Positions 1-12,588 of a DNA stretch of 64,000 nt are shown here, piece after piece. The position numbers and the translations under genes are program-made. Under the pieces are notes generated by a model, which saw nothing but the letters and a program-made list of their open reading frames with translations, was not told the DNA's origin and ran no database searches. Each line of letters opens with the position of its first letter. The first letter of the stretch is position 1. Origin of the DNA: Podarcis cretensis. Its lineage: Eukaryota. Location of the stretch: assembly GCA_951804945.1 (NCBI GenBank), contig OX638156.1, positions 67,084,001 through 67,148,000 on the forward strand, given 5' to 3'.

Positions 1-344
1 GGTGGGGTACCAACCGAATCTTATAAATTAGTGGCCATTCTACCTGCACAACCCAGAAACAGCTATGCTTTGCCATGCCTAGGGCAACCATACAGCAGCA
101 GAGGCAGCAGGCAGCCACCGTGGGCAAGGCCCTCTAAAATAACCCCGTTTCCATCTTTGCTAGTGCTGTGCCTTGGCAGCAACAGAGCCTCCTTCCAAAT
201 TGCACTGTGATTAAGGCACCGACCGTGAAGAGCACCTCAAAACAATCTACCGGAGGGCAGGCCCCCCTAGGTCACTAAACTGGCAATGCTCCCCTGCCCA
301 AAGCTGGACACTCAGACTAAGGATACTAAGATTGAGTAGACAAG

Positions 345-479
345 AGCTCTTTTGTCTTGGGTCCCCCAGATTTAGGCAGACTATAACTCCCATCATCCAC
401 AGATAGCTTAGTCCAGGGGTCAAGGATGATGGGTGTTGCTGTCCACCTACATCTGGGGACCCAAGGTTGAAGAACTCTG
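345..479. mobile_element. degenerate palindromic MITE
   Basis: CTTGGGTCCCCCAGAT...ATCTGGGGACCCAAG and CCCATCATCC...GGATGATGGG arms. Confidence 0.65.
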
Positions 480-1424
480 TGCTGATAGAAACAATGATTC
501 TGATGGGAGCTCCTGCAACAGGAATCAATGGATGATATTCCAGCAGCAACATGCAACTGAAGAAATGGGCATCATTCAGGTTGCCGGGGGGGGGGGGGAG
601 GGGAGGAAGAGCAGCCCCCCCCCCAATAGGACTTTTCCCCTAGTAGGACTTGGTGGCAGACCCAAGGCACCAGCTAGTGACAGCAAAGATGTCCGGCTTA
701 TTCTTAGCCAGACAGGAAGAGCCTTGCTGGATGCAGCGAAGGGTCTGTCTAACCCAACACCCCCATTTCTGACAGTGGTTAGCCAGAAGCTTCTGGCAAG
801 CACAAAAGCTCTCTCTTGCCAACTAGCATTTAGTGGCACTCTAGTCTCCCACACAAGGACGTTTCACTGAGCTAACCTGAATAAAAACGGCCGCTGGGCG
901 TCTCCTGCAGAAACGCTACAAGGGGACATCACATCTTGTGGCAAGGAGTACCATAAATAAATTCAGTGTGGCGTGTCTCTCCTGAACCTACTGTCTTTCG
1001 ATTTCATCATGGGGAGACCTCAAATTCTAGTGTTGAGCGAGGGGAAGGAAAGCCTTTGGTCTATCTGTGTTCTCCTCTCCATGCATAATGACTTTACGTG
1101 AACTGTGCTCATGCCTTCGTTTGGATATTTTTAAGCAAAACAGCACCAGATCATGTTAGCCTAAGGGGAAGTTTTCTGATCAGCTATTTTCAAACTCCTT
1201 GGGAACTGCCAGGAAGGAACCGGAGGAGAATTGGACGCCTCCCTTTTCAGGGATTCCCCTGAAGACAGCACTGTTGATCTCAAAGAGCCCGCTCCTTGCC
1301 CTCCTCGCCACCCATGCAGTCCTCGCAGCCGAGGACACCCGCCTCCCAATCCTCTCCCAGCTTGCCTCCCCAAGAAGCGGCGCCACAGATTTCCTCCAAG
1401 CCCCAGAGACAAGCTGTCTGACTG

Positions 1425-1718
1425 CTAGCGCAACTCGTTCAGGTTCAGGTTGTGGAGGTTCTGGCGCTGGCGGTTCAGGCTGATGGCATTGTCCAAGGGG
1501 CGCTCCTCGCCCTCTTCCAGCGTCTCGGGCATGAACTGGCGGAAAATGCTGACGCTGCTGTGCCAGAAAATTGGTTCGGGCAGCTGGCCAGCCAAGCTCC
1601 ACTTGCGGGTCTCCGGATCGTAGGACTCCAGCATCGCCGAGAGTTCAAAGGTGTTGTCGTAGCCGCCAGAGACGTAGAGCTTCCCTCCCAGGACGGCCAA
1701 GCTCCCTCCAACGTGCAC
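1425..1718 (-). CDS. KLHL21: KLHL21 exon 4 coding part, 294 nt
   Basis: ttccag|[27 protein letters not shown]...NELR TAG. Confidence 0.96.
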   Translation of the reverse strand: MHVGGSLAVLGGKLYVSGGYDNTFELSAMLESYDPETRKWSLAGQLPEPIFWHSSVSIFRQFMPETLEEGEERPLDNAISLNRQRQNLHNLNLNELR

Positions 1719-4700
1719 CTGGAAGAAAAGAAGAGCGGTGTACAAACCAAGCAATCTCTTATCTACTCTGCATTTTGGGAGGTTGGTTGCCTGCTTGCTC
1801 TGCTTCTGGAAGCCTTTTAAGATATCGTAAACCAAATGGTGCAGCGTCGTTCCCGAGATCAAGGAGCAGGTTTTTGTCTGTGTTCGGATGCAATTGGATG
1901 CCCTTTCGAATTGAAATGGTGGGCTGGACTTTAAAAAAAGGCTTTTCTATTCTAATGAAAATGATCAGGGATTTGGTAGTGCTGCATTGTATTATTTATG
2001 CAAATTGATTTTCTCTGGAATTAAAGATATGACTGGGACAAACCTTGTTATGTTGAGTTCATATTTTGCACAATTTGTATACGGTGTCTGTTTGATAATG
2101 TGTGGTTTGCTATGCCTAATAAAGGATCTTGATTGACTATTCTAATAGCAATGCCTTGAACTGGCAGCAAATGGGCACAGGCGTAACAGGAGAGTCTCTC
2201 TCCTGACAGCAACCATGCTGCAGCAATCTGCACTAATTGCGGCTCCCAGATCAAGTGCAAGGGATTCCCCACAAAAAGCACATTGGAGTAATCCAACCCT
2301 CTCTTGCTAAGGCTTTTCTCCATTGCCACCTTTGGTCTGGACTCTTCAATCTCCTCCCCCTTCAGTTCCAATTACTGCTCTTTAAAGATCCGAGACCCTC
2401 ACCTGAAGCATTGGAGGGATCTTGTCCCATTCGTTCTTTGCTGGGTTGTAGACATCGACTTCAGCAGAGTCGTCCCTGCAGAAGGAAATCAAGTAGAGGT
2501 GACCGAGAAGAAGATCCAAACACTCCCTAGCCTTGTTGTGCGGATGGGAGGGAAGGCACAGTCCTCGAGTGTCTACTTAATTCCTTAACGGGGCATGGGG
2601 ACCCAATCCACTCAGACCTCATAGCGCTTGGCGCACACACACAAAGTCTCAAGATTTCCAGGGCCTTTTGTGAGCAACTTAGAAAATAAAGATTCTGGTT
2701 GGTAAGATTGATGGAGAGGAAGATGAGGAGGAGGAGGAGGTCCTTGTGCAAACACACCAAACCTACAAAAAATGTCCCTTTCTCTGTCCTCTGCTTGCCC
2801 CCAACCTTCCAGAGATTTGCAATCTGCTCTTTCCGTAGCCTCTCTAAAAGCAGCATTCCTCAGCCTGTGGACCTCCAGATGTTTTAGACTATCAAGACTT
2901 TGAAAAGCTGGTACCACTGGATCAATTCTATCAGTTATGTGGAATTAATAAGCTCAATAGTTTTAACTGGAACATGAATAAATGTGCAATTAATGGCTAC
3001 TGTTTTGAATGCTATTGTGCTATATTACCTTCCTTACTGGAGCATGAATAATGCTATTTATAGGGTGGGGAGCACAGGGGTTTATGAGTTTATGGAGCCA
3101 AGGCGATGGTGGCCTGAACCACTGAGCTAGACTTTGGATGAGGAGGAGCTGCCTGCAGTTTCCATCCATCTTTTTTGGAGGAGGGGAAGGAGATAAAAGG
3201 AGAAACCCTAGAAGCTTCCTGAACCGTTGCGTAACGCCCGTCTCCTTGCTCTGTTCACGAAATAGGGAGCCTGACAGCAACAGGTGAGGGGTGTCAATGA
3301 CAAAAGAAATGTGCTTTTTCTGACCCTCAGAATGGCAGCCTGGGAACCCATCAAGGCTACCACAAAACTCCCAGCTGAAACGGAAAGGCTCAGAACCTTC
3401 TCCTGGGCTGCTTCCTCCTCCCATCCCAGCAAATGTCAAATGCCAATTGAATTCGTTTAACTTCGTGGGCAACCGTGTTTACAATGAAATGTGGCACTTA
3501 GCAGAAAAGTTTGGGGAGGCAGGTGCAAAGTGAAAGGGGGGGGTGAGGGTCACTGTCCTGTCGGCTTTGGGAGCTGCAAAATGTTTCTGGAGCCTCTGCA
3601 GGAATCTGAACTATTTCTCAAGCCGAGCTCTGGAGGGTTGCAGAATGCACAATTGCTGCTGGGGAGTAGAGCAGCCAAACGCTTTAGCAAGCAACTGTTA
3701 AATCTCAGTGGGGCTGGAAGAGATGGGGGTGGGGGTGGGGGTGGAATGGGCCAGAATGAATCTCAGCAGCAGGAATTCCAAGCTTCCCGTTCCTTGCCTG
3801 CACCAGAGGCTTGAAGCCCCTTAAGATTCATTTCAAGCTTCAGGATCAGGGGCAATTCCTGCTTTCAATAAAGGATTTTCTTTACGTCTGGGGAAACGGG
3901 GTGCATGTCCTGCCCCCAAATTAGGCAGAAGCTAGCACTGCAGGAGAGAAAAGAGCCCTGCAGGGACCAAGTGGCTATAGTAAGCCAGACCAGGGTGTGA
4001 AAGCGAGTTTCACCATCCTGGCACCCTCTGAGGGTTTTGTACTAGGCCCTGATTGAGCCAAGAATCAGGAAAGTCCCTATTTGGACCCCAGAGCTATAAA
4101 GTCACTGAGGCCCCATGCAGCAGCTGTTCATTCGCTGGGAAGAGTATGCTGTACCTTCCCAACCCCCCATAAAAAAAAAAGTTTGTCTGATTTCTAGATG
4201 AAGGATGAGACTGAAGGTCACAAGGAAGCTCCGCCCAGCCCCTGTTCACACAGGAGGAACCGAATGAGCCTCCACACCAGAGGAAGCCTCTTGGTGACTG
4301 TAGGGGCCACAGCTGTAGCAGTCCCTGGCCCCTGCCTGGGCAAGTGAATGGGTGACCGATGGCAGTGAGTGGGCTGTGGCAGCTACAGTCACATGGAGGC
4401 TCCTCAACCGATGGGAGTTTCCTGGCACAGCATCAGGTCTTAAGCTGGTTCTGGAACCCATTTCTGAAGTCTACAGAGCATGAACTGCAACTTGAACAGA
4501 GCAGGTGCCCAAATCCCAACAAGGAAAGGGGCAGCTTACCCCTTCTCCTTCCTCCCCCCTCCTCGCCACTCCCCTCAGCCAACTTGAAAGATAACAAGCT
4601 TATCCAAACTATTTTCAGACCTCGCTCGATCACGAGCTCAGCCCATCACTGGCTGAAGGGCTCGAGTGCCTTTCAGATAGCAGGAACCTGACCTACCACA

Positions 4701-7700
4701 GCCCCTCTCGATGAAGGGCACCAGGGAGCCACCTCTGGGAAGCAACAGGCACTTGGAAGCTCCCTTCCGTAAGCTTTGCCAACTTAATCTGCAGAAAGAG
4801 CTTTGGAGGTATGAAGCAAAGTTCCTTCCAGGGGGATTGGGGGGGGGGAAGAGTTCCTTCCCACCCCCTGCCCAGTCCGGGATGTTGCATAACTGGACCA
4901 GTATCCCACAACCCTCATAAAACTCCAGAGAGATCAAACACATTCACAAAGAAGCTCGTAAAAACTCCTATGCAGACACATCCCTGTTTCTGGCCTAGCA
5001 GGGCTATTGTGTGGGTGGGACAAGTGGCGCTTTTTTTACAATTCCAGGTTGCACATTCCCACCCTCACCCCATCTTGAGAAGAGATGGCAGCGGCTAAGG
5101 CAGCCCTTACCTGACAAAATACATCAGCCCGCTGAGAGTGACGGTCTTGGGTGCGAACGACCAGGGAGGCAGCTGCCCGCAGTTCACCAAGGACCACAGG
5201 TCCGACTCTGGGTCGTAGCACTGCATGACCATGGACTCCTTGCCGGACAAGGAGCCGGTGGCGTAGAGCTTTCCGCGGCAGGCGGTGGTGGAGCAATTGT
5301 CCATGGGGTAGAGCATGGGCTGCAGGGGCTCCCAGGAGTCCAGCGTGTGGTCGTAGCGCTCGGTGCTGTCAGAGGCTACCACGTAGAGCAGCCCATCCAG
5401 GACCACGGAGCTGTGGTATTCGCGGGCCTTCAGCATGGGAGACACCTCTGTCCACTCGTTCACGCTGGAGTTGTAGCGCCAGACACAGTCGTAGAGCCTC
5501 GAGCCGTCGGAACCTCCTAGGGGCAGAGCACCGCGTCCCATTAGCACGGAATCATTGACCTGTAGAGTTGGAAGGGACCCCAGGGGTCATCTGGCCTGAC
5601 CCCAAAAAATGCAGGACTCGCACACAAGACTGTGTCTCAGGGCACATGGTTCACCCTAACGGTTCACTTACATAAGGCAACAGCTCCATCTAATTGAGCT
5701 CCTTTGTACTGCGTTAAACCATGCCTTCTTACAAGCAGCAGCAAATCTCCTAAGATTTGGGGCAGAGGTATTTCCCCTGGAGAATGCAGAACATGACTTT
5801 GATCCATGAAGGCTCTTTGCTACACACCAACAAATGCATTTCTTAATTGGGGGAGAACTGCCCACGTCCTATGTTTGCTTGCAAGCCCAAATGCCCCTCG
5901 CTGAGACACCTCAGCATTCCTTCAAGCAAGACCAGGCTCTGATCAAACCCAGAAACAAAAAAGGGGTGCGCTAATTTCCTTAGGGAAAATGGGGTACAGG
6001 GCCACTATCATCTGTGACAAAGAGAATCAGCTTCAGGCCTGTGTCTGATGCTCTCAGACTCTGACGAGAACCAACCTGTAGCTTGGGGATAGCCGATGGC
6101 CCTCCTGTGGCACAATGGGTCAGTGTGCCTGGCTGTTAACCAGAAGGTTGGTGGTTTGAGACCACCCAGGGATGGCTGTGGGCAGGATTTGGACCAGATG
6201 ACCGTCATGATCCCTTCCAACTCTACAATTCTATTCTATGATGGAGATGTGGTACCCGCCAGGTGTTTGTAGACTACAGCACCCATCAATCCCTCACCTT
6301 TATCTGTTTTGGTTGGGGTGGATAGGAATAGTTGGGATGGGCATATAGGCTACCCACCTGTGCTGTACACAGACTTCAGCTGCATCCTTCGTCTGAAGTC
6401 TACAGGGCTTAACCATGCTAGCAGAACCTCAGCCTGGCTGATGGGGCAAACTTCATGGCTTCTCCCCACCAAGAGGAAGACTCCGTTCCTCTGCACATCC
6501 AGGTGATCAGCTGTGGGCATGGGACTGGGGCCACCAGCTACCCTTACAAAAGCTCCTTTCTGGGCCCTGCACATGTATGTTTGCAGGGTTGTGGTGGTCC
6601 CCAAAGCTCACTGGGGGAGGCTTTGCCGAGGGAGAAAATGTCTGCCCCAAGGGCAGCCGCTCGATGGGAATGAGAGAAAATCCTCCTAATGTCCTTTGAC
6701 AGCTGTATGGAGAACTCCCGCAGGGAAGATTCCCAGGAGGGCGGCTGGTGCTGGGGCAGAGCACAGAGGCATCTGGGCTCAGGTGTCTCCCTCGCTGGCT
6801 CCTAGCACCCGCTCTATAAATAACTTGCAAAGCAATGAACAGGAAGGGGGCGTGGAGACTCACACAGAGCCCCTTGTTCAGCCTCCTCTCTCCAGCTTCC
6901 CAGGAGGAAGGTCAAAACAAACTGGAAGCTCCCCACAAGCTCAAAGGCAGATGCTGCTGGTGACACATATCATCATCTCTAAGCATCAGCCACACACGCT
7001 GGAGCTAAAGAAGGCATGTAAGATTGTCAGAAGAGCCCTGCAGCTGGATCAGGCCCACTTAGCCAAGCACAGTGACCAGCCAGATGCTTATAGGAAGCTG
7101 CAAGCTTCCCAAGAGTGATATGTCTGCAGCCTAACACAGTACAACACATTCAGCCATAGGGCATTATTGACAAGAGGGAAAGGAGAGAGAGTGGATGGGG
7201 CCTGTTACCCTGGAGAAGAGCTGCCTGTAGGATTTGGGCAGGAGGGTAGCTAGGTCCTTAGGGCACAGACCCATGACGCAAATTGGCAGGTGCTGATATG
7301 CATGACGCAAATTGGGGCAAATTGGCAGGTGCTGATATGCATGGGTCCCCTTAAGATAATAAGAACTGAACAATACAGCTGTATCTGATCAATGGCCTAT
7401 CTGGTTGCAACTCCTGTTTTCACAGGGACCAACCAGATGCCCCAATGGAAAGCCCACAAGCAGGACCCAAGCAACAACTGCCACTCTCCCCACTTGTTAT
7501 TGGCCAGCGACTGGAATTTGGGAGCATTGCTGCCTCCGCCCTGAAGGCAGAGCCTAGCCAGGGTTGCTAGCAGCCATGGATACCCTTGTTTCCCCATGAA
7601 CCTGTCCACGGGCGTTCCGTGGTTTAGGCGCTGTTCACGCGCCTTTTAGAGGGCACCCCTGTGGCAAACCCCTTCAAGCAGGGCTAGGGACCCTCCAGCA

Positions 7701-8757
7701 ACTGGCAGCCCTCCCGTCCCGGCTCACCGGTGACATAGATGTCGTTGCCCAGGGCGGCGGCGCTGTAGCCTCCTCCGAGGTGCTCGGGGAACTCGGCCAG
7801 GTAGCGCCAGTGTCCCGTGCGGGGGTTGAAGCAGTCGACGGTGACGAGCTCGTCGCAGTCGCGGTCGCAGCCGCCGAGGAGGACGAGGATCTCGGCCAGG
7901 CCGGTGGAAGGGCGCGGGCGGAGGCGGGCGCAGGGCGCGCGGTCGTGGCGGTCCAGGCGGCCGGCCTGGAAGAGGCGCGCCTCGGCCACCAGGCGCAGGC
8001 AGGCCTCGGAGCGCGCCACCAGCGGCTCGCCCTCGACGTGGGCCAGGAGGGCGAAGCGGCGCACAAAGGGCAGCCGGACGTGCGCCAGGAGCTGGGGCAG
8101 GAGCGGAGCGCGGGCTGCCGGCTCGGCGCGCACCCAGCGCAGCGCCAGCTCGAAGGCCGCCTCCTCCTTGGGCACGCGGAGCGCGTCGTCGCGCAGGTAC
8201 GAGAGCAGCCGCGGCAGCGGGAGGCGCTCCATCTGCGCCGCCAGCTCGCCCTCGCTCTCGGCGGCGTGGCGCAGGACGCAGCGGCGGGCGGCGGTGGCCA
8301 GCGGGGCGCACGCGAAGGCCTCGCCGAACTCCTGCATCTCCAGGGCGGCGGCCGGCTCCAGGCGCGCCGCTAGCCAGGCCCCGCACGCCGCCTTGACGGC
8401 CGGGAACTGGAGCAGGTCGGCGGCGCGCAGCAGGCGCTCGGCCAGCTCCGGCCCGCCGGGGGACGCCACTCGGCCCGTGTAGGCGAAGTCGAGCAGCAGG
8501 GCCAGGCACTCGGGCTCCACGCCGTGCAGCCGCACCCGCGCCGCGCGCGCCTCCCGCAGCCCGCCGCCGAACATGGCGCGGAAGTAGCCCGAGGCCGCCG
8601 CCAGCACTGCCCGGTGGGCGCCGAACTCCCCGCCGCCCGCCAGCAGCGTCACGTCCAGCAGCGCCCGCTCCGCCCGTAGCGCGCACAGGCCCCGGAGCAG
8701 CGCCGACGCGTGCGCCGCCTCCTCCGCCGTCGCCTCTTCGCCCGTCGTCGGCTCCAT
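1425..8757 (-). CDS. KLHL21: Kelch-like protein 21 (BTB-BACK-Kelch CUL3 adaptor); join(complement 7728..8757, 5111..5516, 2403..2475, 1425..1718), 1803 nt, 600 aa
   Basis: BTB ([17 protein letters not shown]), BACK and kelch repeats; signature [28 protein letters not shown]; all introns GT-AG with compatible phases; adjacent to PHF13 and DNAJC11 as in human. Confidence 0.97.
2403..2475 (-). CDS. KLHL21: KLHL21 exon 3, 73 nt (not in ORF track)
   Basis: ctgcag|[25 protein letters not shown]|gtgagg; restores phase between exons 2 and 4. Confidence 0.95.
5111..5516 (-). CDS. KLHL21: KLHL21 exon 2 (kelch repeats), 406 nt
   Basis: cccctag|GA GGT TCC GAC ([15 protein letters not shown]...LMYFV) AG|gtaagg. 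Confidence 0.96.
6098..6242 (+). mobile_element. tRNA(Asn)-like-headed SINE with CR1-type tail
   Basis: GGCTGTTAACCAGAAGGTTGGTGGTTTGAG head; CCCTTCCAACTCTACAATTCTATTCTATGA tail. Confidence 0.65.
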
Positions 8758-9250
8758 TCTCGCCCGCCGCTGAGTCTGACTGCTACCCGACGCCTCCGCG
8801 CACCCCTCGGCCGGCTCCTCCCTCGCCTGGGCTGGCGCCGGTCCCGCGCGCGCTCCGCCTCCTCCGAAGGGCGACGACGGCGCGCCTGGCTGGCTGGCTG
8901 GCTGGCTGCAAGGGCGCCGCTCTCAGTCGCCAAGCAGCTTCAGAGAACACCAGGCTCCTCGCTGCCGCCCTCCTGCCTCCAAGGGGAGCCGGGGGGGGGG
9001 GGGCTCTCTCGCTTTAGCCTCGGGAAAAGGGCAAGCCTGGGCTCTGGAGAAGGAAGCGTCGGCGAGCTCCAAGCGAAAGGCCACAGGCGCTCGGCTGGAC
9101 GTAAAAGGCAAATTGCTTGGAGCCTTCCAAAGCAGTGGCGGCGCCTTTCAGCCTCCACCCGAACCTTCGCTAACTCTGAAGGGCTCGTGGGTGCGCAGGA
9201 AGAAGGCCCAGGGGAAAGGCTAGCGGGATGCGCCTGGCGACAGCCCTCCT
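7600..9250. promoter_or_regulatory. CpG island covering KLHL21 exon 1 and promoter
   Basis: very high GC and CpG density relative to flanks; boundaries approximate. Confidence 0.85.
7728..8757 (-). CDS. KLHL21: KLHL21 coding exon 1 (BTB, BACK, start of kelch 1), 1030 nt
   Basis: ATG at 8757; ends ...DIYVT G|gtgagc. Confidence 0.93.
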
Positions 9251-9654
9251 TGCATAGCTGCTCTGGACATCATAGCTACCCGCTGCTTGGCTACTAGTCA
9301 CGATGGCTCTAATACTCCTAAGGCTGTAATGTTTCTGAATGCTTCTTGCTGGAAACCGCAGGAGGAGAGAGTGACTTTGTGCTGGGGTTTCCAAGAAGGC
9401 GGCATCTTGGTGGCCCCTGCCAGAACAGAATCCTGGACTAGATGGGCCACTGGTCTCATCCAGCTGGCTTCTTTAATATTATGTTCACTGTCTGCACAAC
9501 TCACTTCCTAGTGAACATGCATAAGGTCATGCTCCGTGGTAACAGCTACAATTCCCTCTTGACATTTAATTCTGTTTAATTTATTTTACTGTATTTTATT
9601 TTATATATTGTAGATTTTTAGTATATTTAGTTTTTGCTTATAAACGTTCTAAAG

Positions 9655-9905
9655 CAGAGGTTAGCAACCTTTTTCAGCCATGTGCTGGTTCACCGTCCCT
9701 CAGACCATGTGGTGGGCCGGGCTATACTTTTGAAAAAAAATATGAACGAATTCCTATGCCCTACAAATAACCCAGAGATGCATTTTAAATAAAAGGACAC
9801 ATTCTACTCATGTAAAAACACACTGATTCCAGGATCATCCATGGGCTGGATTTAGAAAGTGATTGGGCTGCATCCGGCCCCCAGGCCTTAGGTTGCCTAC
9901 CCCTG
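9655..9905. mobile_element. non-autonomous hAT transposon (MITE)
   Basis: terminal inverted repeats CAGAGGTTAGCAACCT / CAGGGGTAGGCAACCT; perfect 8-bp TSD TTCTAAAG. Confidence 0.88.
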
Positions 9906-12549
9906 TTCTAAAGAAACAAGGCACTGAGTGAGCAGGGGTTGGGCCAGTCTTGTTTTGGGAGTAACTCCCTTTGAACTCAGTAAGGCGGACTCCCAAATAA
10001 ACGTGAGGCAAGGCCTTGTGGATTTTCCCAGGAAAGGGCCCGTTTCACCACTCTTTCACATTCTGATGCATGCAGAAGATTATGATGCAATAAAGAATTA
10101 GTCACTAACACCCCTGTTCTAAATATAGTGGGTGATGCCAAGTAAGTCATACCCAGAGAGTGACTTAGCTGGATATCCCCCGTCATGGGGAATTAGTGGA
10201 TCTGGCTCCTAAGCTTAGGACTTCACAGCTCCATAGTCTGGTGGTACAATAACTCAAGTGCATCTCATTCTAGGTGCACTCAGGTGGGCCATTTCCAAAA
10301 AGCAACAACTTAAGCAGTCAAGTTCTTCTTTATAGTGCCAAAAGAAAGGGGGATAAACAAATCCTGTTCACATGCATGCATCCATTATTATTTGACAGAC
10401 TAGGACACTCGCACACTTACAGAGGCTGTGAAACCCCTCTCCTCAGAACTAAAAACAAATGCAAATTGTTAATGGGTTTTCCCAATACCCCCACCTACTG
10501 CAACAACACTGCTTTATTAAGATCTGGTACCTTTTCTACCCAGCACCAAATATGGGGTTACAATCTAAAATTCACCCCAGCAAGTGGGAAGATTGCAGTA
10601 GGATAAATGGCAAAACGTGACTTATTATTTCAGTTACACAAACTTGGTGACCTCTTGGTCCTAAGCAGGGCACACCTTTGCCATGGAGCTTCCAAAGACA
10701 CCTGGTTTGAGTTGGGGCCTCAGCATCTGAGCAGCGCACTGCAATAATGTTGTGCTGAAGCTCTCCAGTCATAGCCTGAGTGTTTTCTCTCACAAAGGCC
10801 TCCTCTGTTGCAAGGACACTGCTTCTCTCGGATCTGCAACTGCTGATCAGTACATAACCATGTCAGCTGCTTATATAAAGCACACCAGGCCAGATCCCGT
10901 GGCTGTAAACATCCCAGAAAAACTTAGCAGCAGAGACGTTTGCTTTCCTTAGCTGGGCAGTTTCCATTTGCTGTGCTGTTAGTTAGTACTACCAGTATTT
11001 CCCTCCCCGCCCCTCACACCAAAAGAAATACAGTATTTGGTTTTTTTAAATAGTTTTATTTATAGTTTTCGTTTATATACATTTCAGTAGTTTAACAATA
11101 GTTGTAACATTTCAAACCTCGACTTCCTCCTCTTTCTGCAGTTCCTTAAATTTATTTTAAATTTATTTTTATTATTTCCAGCATATTCTAAATTAACTTA
11201 TTCTAAAACATTTGTTTTATTTTTTTAATTGGGCAGTATCCAATGTCACTCACACTCAGACAAGACCCATGGATAGGCAGAGGCCGCTTTTTGCAATATC
11301 TGCATTTATTTACAGATTCCCCAATGGCTGGCATTAACATAGCAGACCCTGGATCTGTAGTCTCCCACTGGGAGAGGGGAGGGGGGAATTAAATCCAGTG
11401 GTCCAGGGATTGAGAGGAATCTCTTTAACAAAGGGAAGGTGCTTGGCCACACTGCCAGGGCCTTTAAGGCAATCCCTGGCACTGCTGCTGGGTGCCATTA
11501 AGGTAACAATCAGGAGTCACTTGTTGGCAGATGCCCTGCATTGACACCATCAAAAACCCATAAAAGCATAAGGTTCAATTAACTCTATATCTGCTGGTCT
11601 CCTCTACTGATCTCTCAAGGATGGAATAACCCATCTTGTTATTCTTTGGATTCATGTTTTTAAAAAGGCATGCTTATTGCTGCTTCTGAAAAACTGAACC
11701 ACCTTGTGTGCCACCAGAGGCTATGCAACCCCCTCAGGCTTTGCTTCAGTCTGGGAACTGTTCTGTGATTTTTATGACCAATCTCATGGTTGGCACATTC
11801 ATACTAAATATGATTTTATCTAGCAACGTCTATGAACAGCTGATATATTTTGGTATAAACACTGTATGAACCGTGCATCCTACCATGGAACATATTTTAG
11901 GCTATTCAGTCTTTGCAAAGTGTTTTTTAAATTTTACCTTGCATTTTTACCCTTTTGTTTTTATAACTGTGTTTATGATTTAGTTTGATGTTTTGTTTGT
12001 TGCATTTGCAAATCTTATTTTTAAAAGTTTATAGACACACACACCAATTACAGGGACCTCTGAAAGGGCTTCCCGTTATTGCGGAGTGTCCTGAAACTTA
12101 ATGAATTGCGACCTCAATTGTAAAAAACAAAAACCTTGCAAGACTTCCTGCGAACTTCCAGTGCCTCCCAAACCCCGACTGGGAAATTGCCCACCAGGAT
12201 CCCTTAAAAGGTGCCAAGCTTCCGGGTGAGTGTCACAAGGCAGAAGCGAGCCAAGGGACTGACGCGCGTCTACCCGTCCTCTCCCTTCTTCTCCGCCTCC
12301 TTGCTCTCCAGTGGGCGATCGATCGGTGGAGAGCTAGGACTACGATTCCCGGCTTGCCATGCGAGCTGCGCAGGCGCAGTGCTACCGCCAGACAAGGAGG
12401 CTCCTCCCCACTCGGGCGGGCGGGGCGGGGCTTCGGTTCCCTCCCCCGTTGCCGGTCCCGGGAGGCGCCGCCGCCGCTGCTGTTGGCTTGCCGCCGCCTC
12501 CTCCTCCACCTCCTCGCTCGGTCCTCTGATCCCACCCAGCCTGCCAGCC

Positions 12550-12588
12550 ATGGATTCGGACTCCTGCGCTTCCCCGCCGCCCCCCGAG
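12550..12588 (+). CDS. PHF13: PHF13 coding exon 1, 39 nt
   Basis: strong Kozak gccagccATGG; [13 protein letters not shown]|gtgaga. Confidence 0.93.

Noticed and set aside
880-961. Two + strand AATAAA as the 3' end of a convergent neighbour (ZBTB48 in human)
   Set aside because: No exon of such a gene is visible in the window, so it cannot be supported
6098-6172. tRNA-Asn-like sequence
   Set aside because: Mutated B-box and a LINE-derived tail: SINE
7674-9297. Long alternative-frame and antisense ORFs over KLHL21 exon 1 (320, 221, 197, 195 aa)
   Set aside because: Expected from stop-codon scarcity in very GC-rich DNA; low-complexity Arg/Pro/Gly/Ala products with no recognisable domain
11230-11650. 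Possible LTR-like element between the two promoters
   Set aside because: Could not define TG...CA ends or a TSD
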